From a virus (Duplodnaviria > Heunggongvirae > Uroviricota > Caudoviricetes): 36,849 nucleotides of DNA. The first letter of the stretch is position 1. Each line of letters begins with the position of its first letter. Made by a program: the position numbers and the translations under genes. Below, in pieces: positions 30,294 to 36,849 of the stretch. Below the pieces are notes generated by a model. That model saw nothing but the letters and a program-made list of their open reading frames with translations, searched no databases and was not told where the DNA came from. The DNA is taken from IMG/VR virus record IMGVR_UViG_2778261087_000007; one strand, written 5' to 3'.

Positions 30294-30470
30294 GGTGTGG
30301 CCTCGTATGTAGTAAGTTTTAAAAACTCACCATCCAGAGCTGCGAAACTGTGGGTGGCGAGACGTACGAGGTTCGCAGTACCGGCTACATACGATCCCGG
30401 CCCGACCGAAGTCGGCCCCGTACGCCCCGCCATAATTCTGATGCGAAAAAGACGTGGCAATGCAGTACGC

Positions 30471-30493
30471 ACAAAAAAACCGCTGGCGCGGTT
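30471..30493 (-). terminator. intrinsic terminator downstream of dam
   Basis: On the minus strand: stem accgc/gcggt with 4-nt loop followed by 7 T. Confidence 0.6.
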
Positions 30494-30581
30494 GTGCGCG
30501 TATGTAGTCAGCAGGCTGCGAAACCCGGCACCCGTTTTATAAGGTGCAGCGGGAATGTAACCCGACTGATTACGGCATGGC

Positions 30582-30631
30582 AAGCGGTTTTTTTGTGTGT
30601 GCATGGCGATTACTCAGTCCGGTAGCAGTTC
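30582..30631. repeat. direct repeat copy A (50 bp) spanning the dam stop
   Basis: aagcggtttttttgtgtgtgcatggcgattactcagtccggtagcagttc; identical to copy B except T7 versus T5. Confidence 0.85.
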
Positions 30632-31629
30632 ACGGAGTACGGCATCAGCGGTTGTTCTGCGGTGGAAGAGGTAAACATCGCGCTGTAAGTTGTATCTCCC
30701 GTCACCGTGCCGCAGTCCGGACAGTAGCCGCCGCCATGGCGACCACAGGCGTCGCACTGTCTCAGGGTGGCGATAACCTCCGGTGCTGGTTTTCGGGTTT
30801 TTGCGCCAACGCTTCGCGGTGCCTGGATGCGGTTCATCCGGTAGCCCTGATAAATGCGCCGTGCTTCCGGTGTGTCGGAGCCGGAAATGGTTATGCTGGT
30901 CATTCCACCTGTTTCCTGTGAAAGACGGTCAAGCGCTGCTCTCAGGCGAACGTGTTCGTCCTTCGTGAAGGGTTTTTCGTAGGCGGTGAAATTGTCCCAG
31001 CCACTGAATGACAGGTAAGGGGGATCGCAGTACACGCAAAGCGTACTACCTATGCTGAACAGGTGACTGGCAGTGTTCAGCGTTTTCTGAAAATCGCCAT
31101 GAACAAGCAGTGTTCTGGTGCTGTTTGCCTTGTCTGCAAATGCGCGGATTTCCCGTTCAGGGAAGTAGGGAGCCCGGTAGCCACCGAATGGGACATTAAA
31201 ATCCCCTTTTTCATTCACCCGGTACAGGCCATTAAAGCAGTGCCGGTTGAGGTATAAAAACATGGCGGCCAGCCGTAATTCGCGACGGTCGCTTATTCCC
31301 GTGCTCAGGAATGCATGATTCTCTGCATTAAAGGTGTTACGGATAGCGAGATAGTCAGTCCTGTTATTGTGTTCCAGGAACAGGTCTTTTGCTTCGTTGA
31401 TCAGACAGTCAGTGTTGTCCCGTGCTGCCCGACAGAAATTAATCAGTGCACCATTGGAATCACCCAGGATGTATCGGCTGTAACTGGTGTTCATGAATAC
31501 CGATGCGCCACCCACGAACGGCTCAACCAGGCAGTCCGCTTCTGGCAGATGCGCCTTCAGTGTGTTCATGATGCGGCTTTTCCCGCCCACCCATTTCAGC
31601 GGTGTGCCGGATAACAGTTCTTTGCTCAT
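30610..31629 (-). CDS. dam: DNA adenine methyltransferase (Dam family) with Cys-rich C-terminal extension
   Basis: 339 aa; N-terminal PLKWVGGK, FVGGASVF and catalytic DPPY motifs; C-terminal CDACGRHGGGYCPDCG zinc-ribbon-like segment; good SD AAGAGG. Confidence 0.85.
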   Translation of the reverse strand: MSKELLSGTPLKWVGGKSRIMNTLKAHLPEADCLVEPFVGGASVFMNTSYSRYILGDSNGALINFCRAARDNTDCLINEAKDLFLEHNNRTDYLAIRNTFNAENHAFLSTGISDRRELRLAAMFLYLNRHCFNGLYRVNEKGDFNVPFGGYRAPYFPEREIRAFADKANSTRTLLVHGDFQKTLNTASHLFSIGSTLCVYCDPPYLSFSGWDNFTAYEKPFTKDEHVRLRAALDRLSQETGGMTSITISGSDTPEARRIYQGYRMNRIQAPRSVGAKTRKPAPEVIATLRQCDACGRHGGGYCPDCGTVTGDTTYSAMFTSSTAEQPLMPYSVNCYRTE

Positions 31630-31676
31630 AACGCGGCCTCTTTGTTACAGGTTTCGTGTGTCAACAAATCCCATGA

Positions 31677-31724
31677 AAGCGGTTTTTGTGTGTGCATGGC
31701 GATTACTCAGTCCGGTAGCAGTTC
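31677..31724. repeat. direct repeat copy B (48 bp) spanning the stop of the gene upstream of dam
   Basis: Same sequence as copy A with a 2-nt shorter T-run. Confidence 0.85.
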
Positions 31725-32261
31725 GTACAGCACAATGTCGTCGGCAGTGCGGCGGCGACTGTAAAGAAGATATGCTGTGTTAGTGGTCGCTTTTATTTGC
31801 AGTGTGTGATTGATGTGTTTTGCTATCGCGGCGAATGTCATACACTGTTCATCACGTAGTTCTGTTACCAGTTCCACCAGGCGATCGCTGTATCTGGTCA
31901 GGTGGTGCAGATCTCCGCATTTCTGCAGTCTGTAACCACGTTTACTCAGGTGTTCCTGTACTGTGCGACGGGTACATCCCACCATGACTGCCATTTCCTG
32001 CGCTGTTCTGGTGTGACGGTTTCTGATGAGAAAATTGATTTCTTCTCTGCTCAGCGTCTTTCTCTTGCGACCAATTAATCCACGATCACGTAAAACACGA
32101 ATTCTGTGCATAACTGCGCTGCGGGTGCGTTGAATTCGTTCAGCCATCTGGTATGTGCTGTTTTCCTGATAAAGCGAGGTAAGCATCTCGTCTTCCTGCC
32201 GTGTCCATGGTTTCACGTGCGCAGGGGCTTTGCCTGGTATCCCCATTGGTTGAAGTATCAT
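31707..32261 (-). CDS. putative DNA-binding protein with repeated HTH-like segments
   Basis: 184 aa; three segments of pattern W..E(D/E)..L...... followed by R/K-rich helix (KPWTRQEDEMLTSLY..., LSREEINFLIRNRH..., TRYSDRLVELVTEL...). Confidence 0.45.
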   Translation of the reverse strand: MILQPMGIPGKAPAHVKPWTRQEDEMLTSLYQENSTYQMAERIQRTRSAVMHRIRVLRDRGLIGRKRKTLSREEINFLIRNRHTRTAQEMAVMVGCTRRTVQEHLSKRGYRLQKCGDLHHLTRYSDRLVELVTELRDEQCMTFAAIAKHINHTLQIKATTNTAYLLYSRRRTADDIVLYELLPD

Positions 32262-32287
32262 CGTGATAACCTCCGTGCCTGTGCCGG

Positions 32288-32539
32288 TTATTCGGTCGGG
32301 TTCAGGGTGTAATCAATGGCGTTTTCAATACGGCGTTTAAGCTCGCGGTGGATCTCACCCGGTGTTACTGGTGCGCCAGGACCGCTCAGCGTTGCCGTGA
32401 AGTCGTCGATTTCCTCCATCAGCAGATTGCGGAGTACAGCGATGTGGTGGCGTGCATCTTTTCCGGGTTTGCGTGCGTTGGTGGTGTACTTGCTGATCAT
32501 GGTTGCAGTTCTCCATAGCCGTGCCTTTCTGATTTCCAT
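32288..32539 (-). CDS. hypothetical early-region protein
   Basis: 83-aa ORF; alternative ATG at 32500 would give an ATGA overlap with the upstream gene. Confidence 0.4.
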   Translation of the reverse strand: MEIRKARLWRTATMISKYTTNARKPGKDARHHIAVLRNLLMEEIDDFTATLSGPGAPVTPGEIHRELKRRIENAIDYTLNPTE

Positions 32540-32748
32540 GCTCCCCGGATGGTCATCACTTCGCGTACGGTATTTGCGACTGCTGTGATTTGTGTGCCGT
32601 CAGTCAGATGGATGTAGAGATAATCAGCGTCTGACGGGCACGGCGTGGTTGTTGTGATCAAATAACTTTCCACCATGAATTCGCGGCCCACGGCATCGGT
32701 GAAATGCGTCAGCATGGTTCGCCTTGTGGCAGTGAATATGTTGTGCAT
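32497..32748 (-). CDS. hypothetical early-region protein
   Basis: Start placed at MHNIFTATRR (32748); track ORF extends to 32832 and would overlap the upstream gene. Confidence 0.4.
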   Translation of the reverse strand: MHNIFTATRRTMLTHFTDAVGREFMVESYLITTTTPCPSDADYLYIHLTDGTQITAVANTVREVMTIRGAWKSERHGYGELQP

Positions 32749-32761
32749 CGTCCCGCCCCCT

Positions 32762-33040
32762 TTATGCTGAAAAGCGACCTGACTGTGCCCGGAGTTCTGC
32801 CAGTTCGCGCTCAAGGCGGAGGGTTTTCGCATGGAGTGCGCCGATGATGTTGTTTGCTGACGTCATGAGCATGTTTTCTATTTGCAACGTCTGGCTGACA
32901 AAAAATGATGGGCTGTTATCGTAGTCCATTTCCGATAGCACTTTCTTTCTTGCATTAATCAGTTCTGCCAGCGCTTTTTGTGTGGCTGTGACAACTTCCT
33001 TGCTGGTAAACATTTCGCTGATTTTTTCATTGCTGCACAT
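32762..33040 (-). CDS. hypothetical early-region protein
   Basis: 92 aa, predicted helical; ATG preceded by ACGGAG. Confidence 0.45.
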   Translation of the reverse strand: MCSNEKISEMFTSKEVVTATQKALAELINARKKVLSEMDYDNSPSFFVSQTLQIENMLMTSANNIIGALHAKTLRLERELAELRAQSGRFSA

Positions 33041-33120
33041 TGTTTTTCTCCGTTTTCAAGATGAGTGAATTCCTCCGCGGGTGCGGATTGTTTGCTGGTT
33101 TTCCTGTTTAATCTGGCGTT

Positions 33121-33246
33121 TTATTTACGGCGTTTTTCGCCAGTAAATAATGATTCGATATCTTTTACGGAATCAATAATCCTTACGATGCCAATCGCGC
33201 AGAGCACGGAAATAATAAGAATCAGCCATGAGATAAATATATTCAT
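33121..33246 (-). CDS. small membrane peptide (41 aa), not in the ORF track
   Basis: MNIFISWLILIISVLCAIGIVRIIDSVKDIESLFTGEKRRK; single hydrophobic helix plus charged tail; ATGA overlap with the stop of the upstream 81-aa gene. Confidence 0.4.
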   Translation of the reverse strand: MNIFISWLILIISVLCAIGIVRIIDSVKDIESLFTGEKRRK

Positions 33247-33488
33247 GCTGCCACCTGTGAATAATAAGGTTCGATAATGTCAGAACCGTTAAACAGTTCT
33301 GCCACAATGCTTTTTAATTCTTCCTGTGCTTCTTTGTCGTCGCTGGCAAAGGCATGAATAAACAGTCCATAGATAGCCTGTTCCATTAATTCGCGTGCAG
33401 TTACGTCTTCCTTCACTCCCAGCTCTGCCAGGCGGAAGTGATAACGTTCCAGTGCATGGTTCACCAGTGTTTTATAGGCTTCGTTCAT
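33243..33488 (-). CDS. hypothetical early-region protein
   Basis: 81-aa acidic ORF, ATG start. Confidence 0.45.
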   Translation of the reverse strand: MNEAYKTLVNHALERYHFRLAELGVKEDVTARELMEQAIYGLFIHAFASDDKEAQEELKSIVAELFNGSDIIEPYYSQVAA

Positions 33489-33507
33489 TGTCTGAATCCT
33501 CCGTTTA

Positions 33508-33858
33508 TCACCTGCGATATTGAGGATGCTGAAAACTACGACCGCTGATTAATCGGTCTGCTGTTCTTAATGCTTCGTGCAATGTGAAATCCTGTCCGAA
33601 CTGGTCATCACCGCGAGTCAGGTAATAACAGGTGTTTCCGGTAATCGGGTTGCGTGCGCCTCTGTGTATGACAATTCCGGCATCATTAATCAGCCAGGTG
33701 TGTTTACCGGTTTGTTTAACCAGATACCCGTCAGGTGTGGCGTGTGTTTCCTGCAGGCTGTAGCGTTTTGCACTGACAGCACTGGTGGAGAAACGGTTAG
33801 CGTGGCGTTCTGCTCCGTTGCGGAAGCGTTGCTGTGAAGAATTGTGCTGTTGCTTCAT
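33508..33858 (-). CDS. hypothetical early-region protein
   Basis: Start placed at MKQQHNSSQQ (33858); track ORF extends to 33906. Confidence 0.4.
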   Translation of the reverse strand: MKQQHNSSQQRFRNGAERHANRFSTSAVSAKRYSLQETHATPDGYLVKQTGKHTWLINDAGIVIHRGARNPITGNTCYYLTRGDDQFGQDFTLHEALRTADRLISGRSFQHPQYRR

Positions 33859-34000
33859 ACAAAAATATCCCGCTGCTGTTGCGAATTTGTGCCGGGTTTT
33901 AACCATGCCCGGCGCATGGTTTTGTGGTATTTTCCCACCGCCCGCAGTCTTGAAGGGTCTGTAAAGGGCGCATGTTTAACAAACCACAAATGAGGTTTAT

Positions 34001-34237
34001 ATGACTCAAAAATCAGTACCTGTTTATACGCCCAGTGAACTTGAGTGTTTGAGCGTTAATAATCATGCCTGCCTACGTTTCCATTATGATTTAGGTAACG
34101 ATGCTGAGTTACCTAAAGCTGGAGAGTTGTTTACGGCCTTAACTCTTGAGCAAGCAAAAGATCTTGTTGTTTTTCTTCAGCAATACATCTCAAAGGCTGA
34201 GATTGCAGAATCCTTAAGCTCTAAATCACGTCATTGA
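34001..34237 (+). CDS. small hypothetical protein on the opposite strand of the early operon
   Basis: 78 aa; ATG preceded by GAGGT at 5-nt spacing; 3' end overlaps the convergent minus-strand gene by about 7 nt. Confidence 0.45.
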   Translation: MTQKSVPVYTPSELECLSVNNHACLRFHYDLGNDAELPKAGELFTALTLEQAKDLVVFLQQYISKAEIAESLSSKSRH

Positions 34238-34722
34238 TTCATGAATCCGAGGAACTTCCCTTTTTTGAAGTACCGCCGGTTCATTTTTACTGAGTCAACC
34301 TGAAGGCTTTGGCTTTCTTTTATATCGGGGGTGGCAGTCCCCGATATATTTCGTGATTCAATTAACATTGATTTGTTATTCATAATCTGCCTGTAAAGTT
34401 CCAGGGCTTCTTCGGCAGGAAAACGGAGCATGACACCGCATGCAGGTTCTAAAATCATTCCAATAGTTCCTTTAGCATCATCACGACAAAAATGACCGTA
34501 TTCATCGTCGTGACGCAGGGTGACATCTTTCAAATCTTCGCCATTCTGAAGCTTTGATTTTAATGCCATCAGGCCAGAGAACGTTCTGTGTAATTCGTGG
34601 TAGTCAACGCTGATTTCAACCTGTGGTTTACCCGGAAAAACCAGCAAAAGCTTCTGGTGTGGTTTTTCGTTTTTCAGGGTTTCCAGTCGTTCCAGTAGTG
34701 CTTTGTCTTCGTGGTTTGTCAT
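34231..34722 (-). CDS. hypothetical early-region protein
   Basis: 163 aa from MTNHEDKALLERL (ATG 34722). Confidence 0.5.
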   Translation of the reverse strand: MTNHEDKALLERLETLKNEKPHQKLLLVFPGKPQVEISVDYHELHRTFSGLMALKSKLQNGEDLKDVTLRHDDEYGHFCRDDAKGTIGMILEPACGVMLRFPAEEALELYRQIMNNKSMLIESRNISGTATPDIKESQSLQVDSVKMNRRYFKKGKFLGFMNQ

Positions 34723-34803
34723 TTCAAAGCCCCAGCTACAGTAACCATGCATCTCGCTGTTCTTTCTGGCGTGCAAAGAATGCGTCGACGCTATTGATGT
34801 TGC

Positions 34804-35331
34804 TTATGATAAATCGCTCTCGTGTTCCCTGCGTTTTTCCAGTTTTGAGCTTCTACCCATATAAACCCGTTTTCCGTTAACGGTTTGGCAGTCTTCTTTG
34901 TCTGCTGGAGAGAACTTTCTTTTCTGGCGGTCATACGTCCAGTAGCTTTTCCAGTTGTGCCATTCTGGTGGTTCGCACTCTGGTAGTTCGTCGGCCAACT
35001 TGTCCCACTCTTTGGCGTTAAACCACCATACGCCGTCTGAATCTTCATCTTCCGGGTTTGTACGTGTTTTATGCCCTGGCATTTGTCCACGTGCCACGGC
35101 AGTACGTAGTGCCAGTTTTGTTAACCCGACATATGCAGCACCTTTTTCCAGCGAGCAAAGTCCGGCGATTGGTCCATCTAGTCGAAGTGTTGCTCCTCTT
35201 TTGTAAGTGCGACGAGGTTTACTTTCCTGGTGTTCGCCATCGTTGGCGGCGTTAATGGAGTCGCTTGGTGCGTCACTTTCTTGAAGTGGCGGGAGGTCAG
35301 ATAACTCTTTATCGGCAATGATGTTCCGCAT
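34804..35331 (-). CDS. Cox-like excisionase / switch regulator with N-terminal extension, uncertain
   Basis: 175 aa divergent from the C repressor; segment VGLTKLALRTAVARGQMP...GVWWFNAKEW resembles the P2 Cox HTH region; ATG preceded by AAGAGGA. Confidence 0.45.
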   Translation of the reverse strand: MRNIIADKELSDLPPLQESDAPSDSINAANDGEHQESKPRRTYKRGATLRLDGPIAGLCSLEKGAAYVGLTKLALRTAVARGQMPGHKTRTNPEDEDSDGVWWFNAKEWDKLADELPECEPPEWHNWKSYWTYDRQKRKFSPADKEDCQTVNGKRVYMGRSSKLEKRREHESDLS

Positions 35332-35445
35332 TTGTTATCCTCTTGCGTTGGTGCGCTTATCGCGCCTTGTTATGGTTTGTTTTGGTTTGTTTTGGTTTGT
35401 AAAGATAATCGTACGGTTATCTTTGTGCGAGAGGTTAATACTCAA
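35332..35445. promoter_or_regulatory. immunity switch region (divergent promoters and operators)
   Basis: Three tandem tggtttgttt units (35373-35402) and near-perfect palindrome GATAATCGTACGGTTATC (35404-35421) between the divergent cox-like and C genes. Confidence 0.55.
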
Positions 35446-35787
35446 ATGGTTATCTTGTCAATAGACTATGCGGAAAAGTTGCGTCAAATACGTAAGGCAG
35501 AGGGGCTAACACAAAAGCAGTTTGCTGATATCACAGGACTATCTTTAGCAGCCATAAGGAACTATGAATCAGGGCAAAAAAGCGCCAGAGCAAAAATCGT
35601 TGAGACTGTTTTGCAGGTAGATCGATTCGAAAAGTATATGTTGTGGTTATTAAAGGATAAAACGCTACCTGCCGCCGGGCAAATAGCCCCGGCTCTCTCT
35701 CTTGATGGCTCTTCTCAGTCGGAGGGCGATCAGGCTTCAACCGACGCTATCCAAAAATCACCCCGATCAGGCCGCAATGCTGGCTGA
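35446..35787 (+). CDS. immunity repressor C (P2 C-like)
   Basis: 113 aa; LTQKQFADITGLSLAAIRNYESGQ HTH and FEKYMLWLLKDKTLPAAGQIAPAL closely parallel P2 C (..YYESG.., ..FTKYTLWFMTNQ..GQIAPAL). Confidence 0.8.
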   Translation: MVILSIDYAEKLRQIRKAEGLTQKQFADITGLSLAAIRNYESGQKSARAKIVETVLQVDRFEKYMLWLLKDKTLPAAGQIAPALSLDGSSQSEGDQASTDAIQKSPRSGRNAG

Positions 35788-35856
35788 CGCTACACATTGA
35801 GCGAATTGCATTTCGCAAGGAGTGCCTGATTAATTTATCCGTTGGAGGGGCTAATC

Positions 35857-36849
35857 ATGTCGATTAAGCAACTCAAAGACGGACGTTATAAGGTTGATGT
35901 AAGACCACAGGGTGCTGAGGGTAAGCGGATTCGAAAAACCTTCACCCTGAAATCGAAGGCCCAGGAGTTTGAGAGGTATGTTTTACAGAATTTTCATGAC
36001 AAGCCGTGGCAGGCAAAACCAGCTGATCAGCGGCGGTTATCTGAACTGATAGAGGACTGGTGGATGCTTGACGGACGTAATCAGCCTTACGGAGATTCCT
36101 ACAGGGTCAGGCTGGAAAAGGTGATACGTGAAATGGGAGATCCACGCGCCAGCCAGATGACGCGAAAATTTATGCTTGAATATCGGTCAGAGAAATTACA
36201 GGCCGGATTAATGCCGTCCAGCATTAATCGTGACTTGTGCGTTTTGTCAACGATGTTCTCAGTATTGATTGAGACGGAGGTTTTTCACAACGCGAACCCT
36301 GTACGCGGTATACGCAAACTGAAAGTTCAGAACACAGAAATGGCCTTTCTTTCTGATGATGAGATTGATCGGCTTCTTGAGCGACTCGAAGGTGATGCGC
36401 GTCGTGTCGCCATTCTGTGTCTTTCTACGGGAGCTCGGTGGGGTGAGGCGGCGGAATTACGCGGGGAGCATATCGTCGGTAATCGCGTGACGTTCTTCAA
36501 CACCAAGAACGGGAAGTCTCGTTCGGTTCCGGTGTCTGATGCTGTGCTCTCGCTGATTAAAACCCGCCGAACCGGGCCGCTGTACGATGTCGATTATCTC
36601 CGGTTTCGCGAGATCCTCCAGGAGGTGAAGCCTGATTTGCCAAAAGGACAGGCTACTCATGTGATGCGTCATACGTTCGCCACGCATTTCATGATGAACG
36701 GGGGAAACATCGTTACCCTGCAACGGATTCTGGGACATGCCACTATTCAGCAAACGATGACTTATGCGCATTTTTCACCGGACTTTTTACAGGACGCAAT
36801 CAACTTTAATCCGCTGGCTGAAAGTGTCCATAAACTGTCCATCGATTAG
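35857..36849 (+). CDS. int: tyrosine integrase (P2 family)
   Basis: 330 aa from ATG at 35857 preceded by GGAGGGG; arm-binding N-terminus MSIKQLKDGRYKVDVRPQG..GKRIRKTF and C-terminal HVMRHTFATH...LGHATIQQTMTYAH catalytic region; stop is the last codon of the window. Confidence 0.9.
   Translation: MSIKQLKDGRYKVDVRPQGAEGKRIRKTFTLKSKAQEFERYVLQNFHDKPWQAKPADQRRLSELIEDWWMLDGRNQPYGDSYRVRLEKVIREMGDPRASQMTRKFMLEYRSEKLQAGLMPSSINRDLCVLSTMFSVLIETEVFHNANPVRGIRKLKVQNTEMAFLSDDEIDRLLERLEGDARRVAILCLSTGARWGEAAELRGEHIVGNRVTFFNTKNGKSRSVPVSDAVLSLIKTRRTGPLYDVDYLRFREILQEVKPDLPKGQATHVMRHTFATHFMMNGGNIVTLQRILGHATIQQTMTYAHFSPDFLQDAINFNPLAESVHKLSID

Larger units (their letters stand above)
2475..36849. mobile_element. 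P2-family prophage (head/replication/immunity P2-like, tail module rearranged); right end beyond window
   Basis: Contiguous phage gene set from spike gene to integrase; left boundary lies somewhere in 1294-2474, right att site is past the window end. Confidence 0.85.

Noticed and set aside
29984-30604. 206-aa minus-strand ORF across the dam-downstream spacer
   Set aside because: Translation is low-complexity (Ala/Ser/Thr/Arg-rich) and it runs through an intrinsic terminator and the direct repeat; the region is more likely non-coding.

Overview
The window holds the 3' end of host housekeeping gene serS (1-1293) followed by a large P2-family temperate prophage that runs from about 2.4 kb to the end of the window, where the integrase gene stops at 36849, so the int-proximal attachment site lies outside the window. 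From manual reading of the six-frame translations I recognise a P2-type immunity region (C repressor, Cox-like protein, integrase), a rolling-circle replication initiator (gpA-like, HUH and YxxxY motifs), a phage Dam methyltransferase, an Ogr/Delta-type zinc-finger late activator, a P2-like head/packaging module (Q, P, O, N, M, L), and a contractile-tail module (sheath, tube, chaperone with -1 frameshift, tape measure, gpW/J/I, two tail-fibre plus assembly-chaperone pairs, and a fused hub/spike-like protein). The tail gene order is not that of P2, and a holin/endolysin cassette sits inside the tail module. No rRNA, tRNA, CRISPR array or transposase was seen. I found no single obviously complete novel system; the best candidates for undescribed accessory functions are the unannotatable cargo genes (membrane protein after ogr, genes between the tail fibres and the spike, small early-region genes including a 41-aa membrane peptide), the repeat-flanked dam cassette and a GATC-dense repeat block at the left junction. 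All functional calls rest on remembered family features, not database searches; starts are approximate because the ORF track uses alternative start codons.
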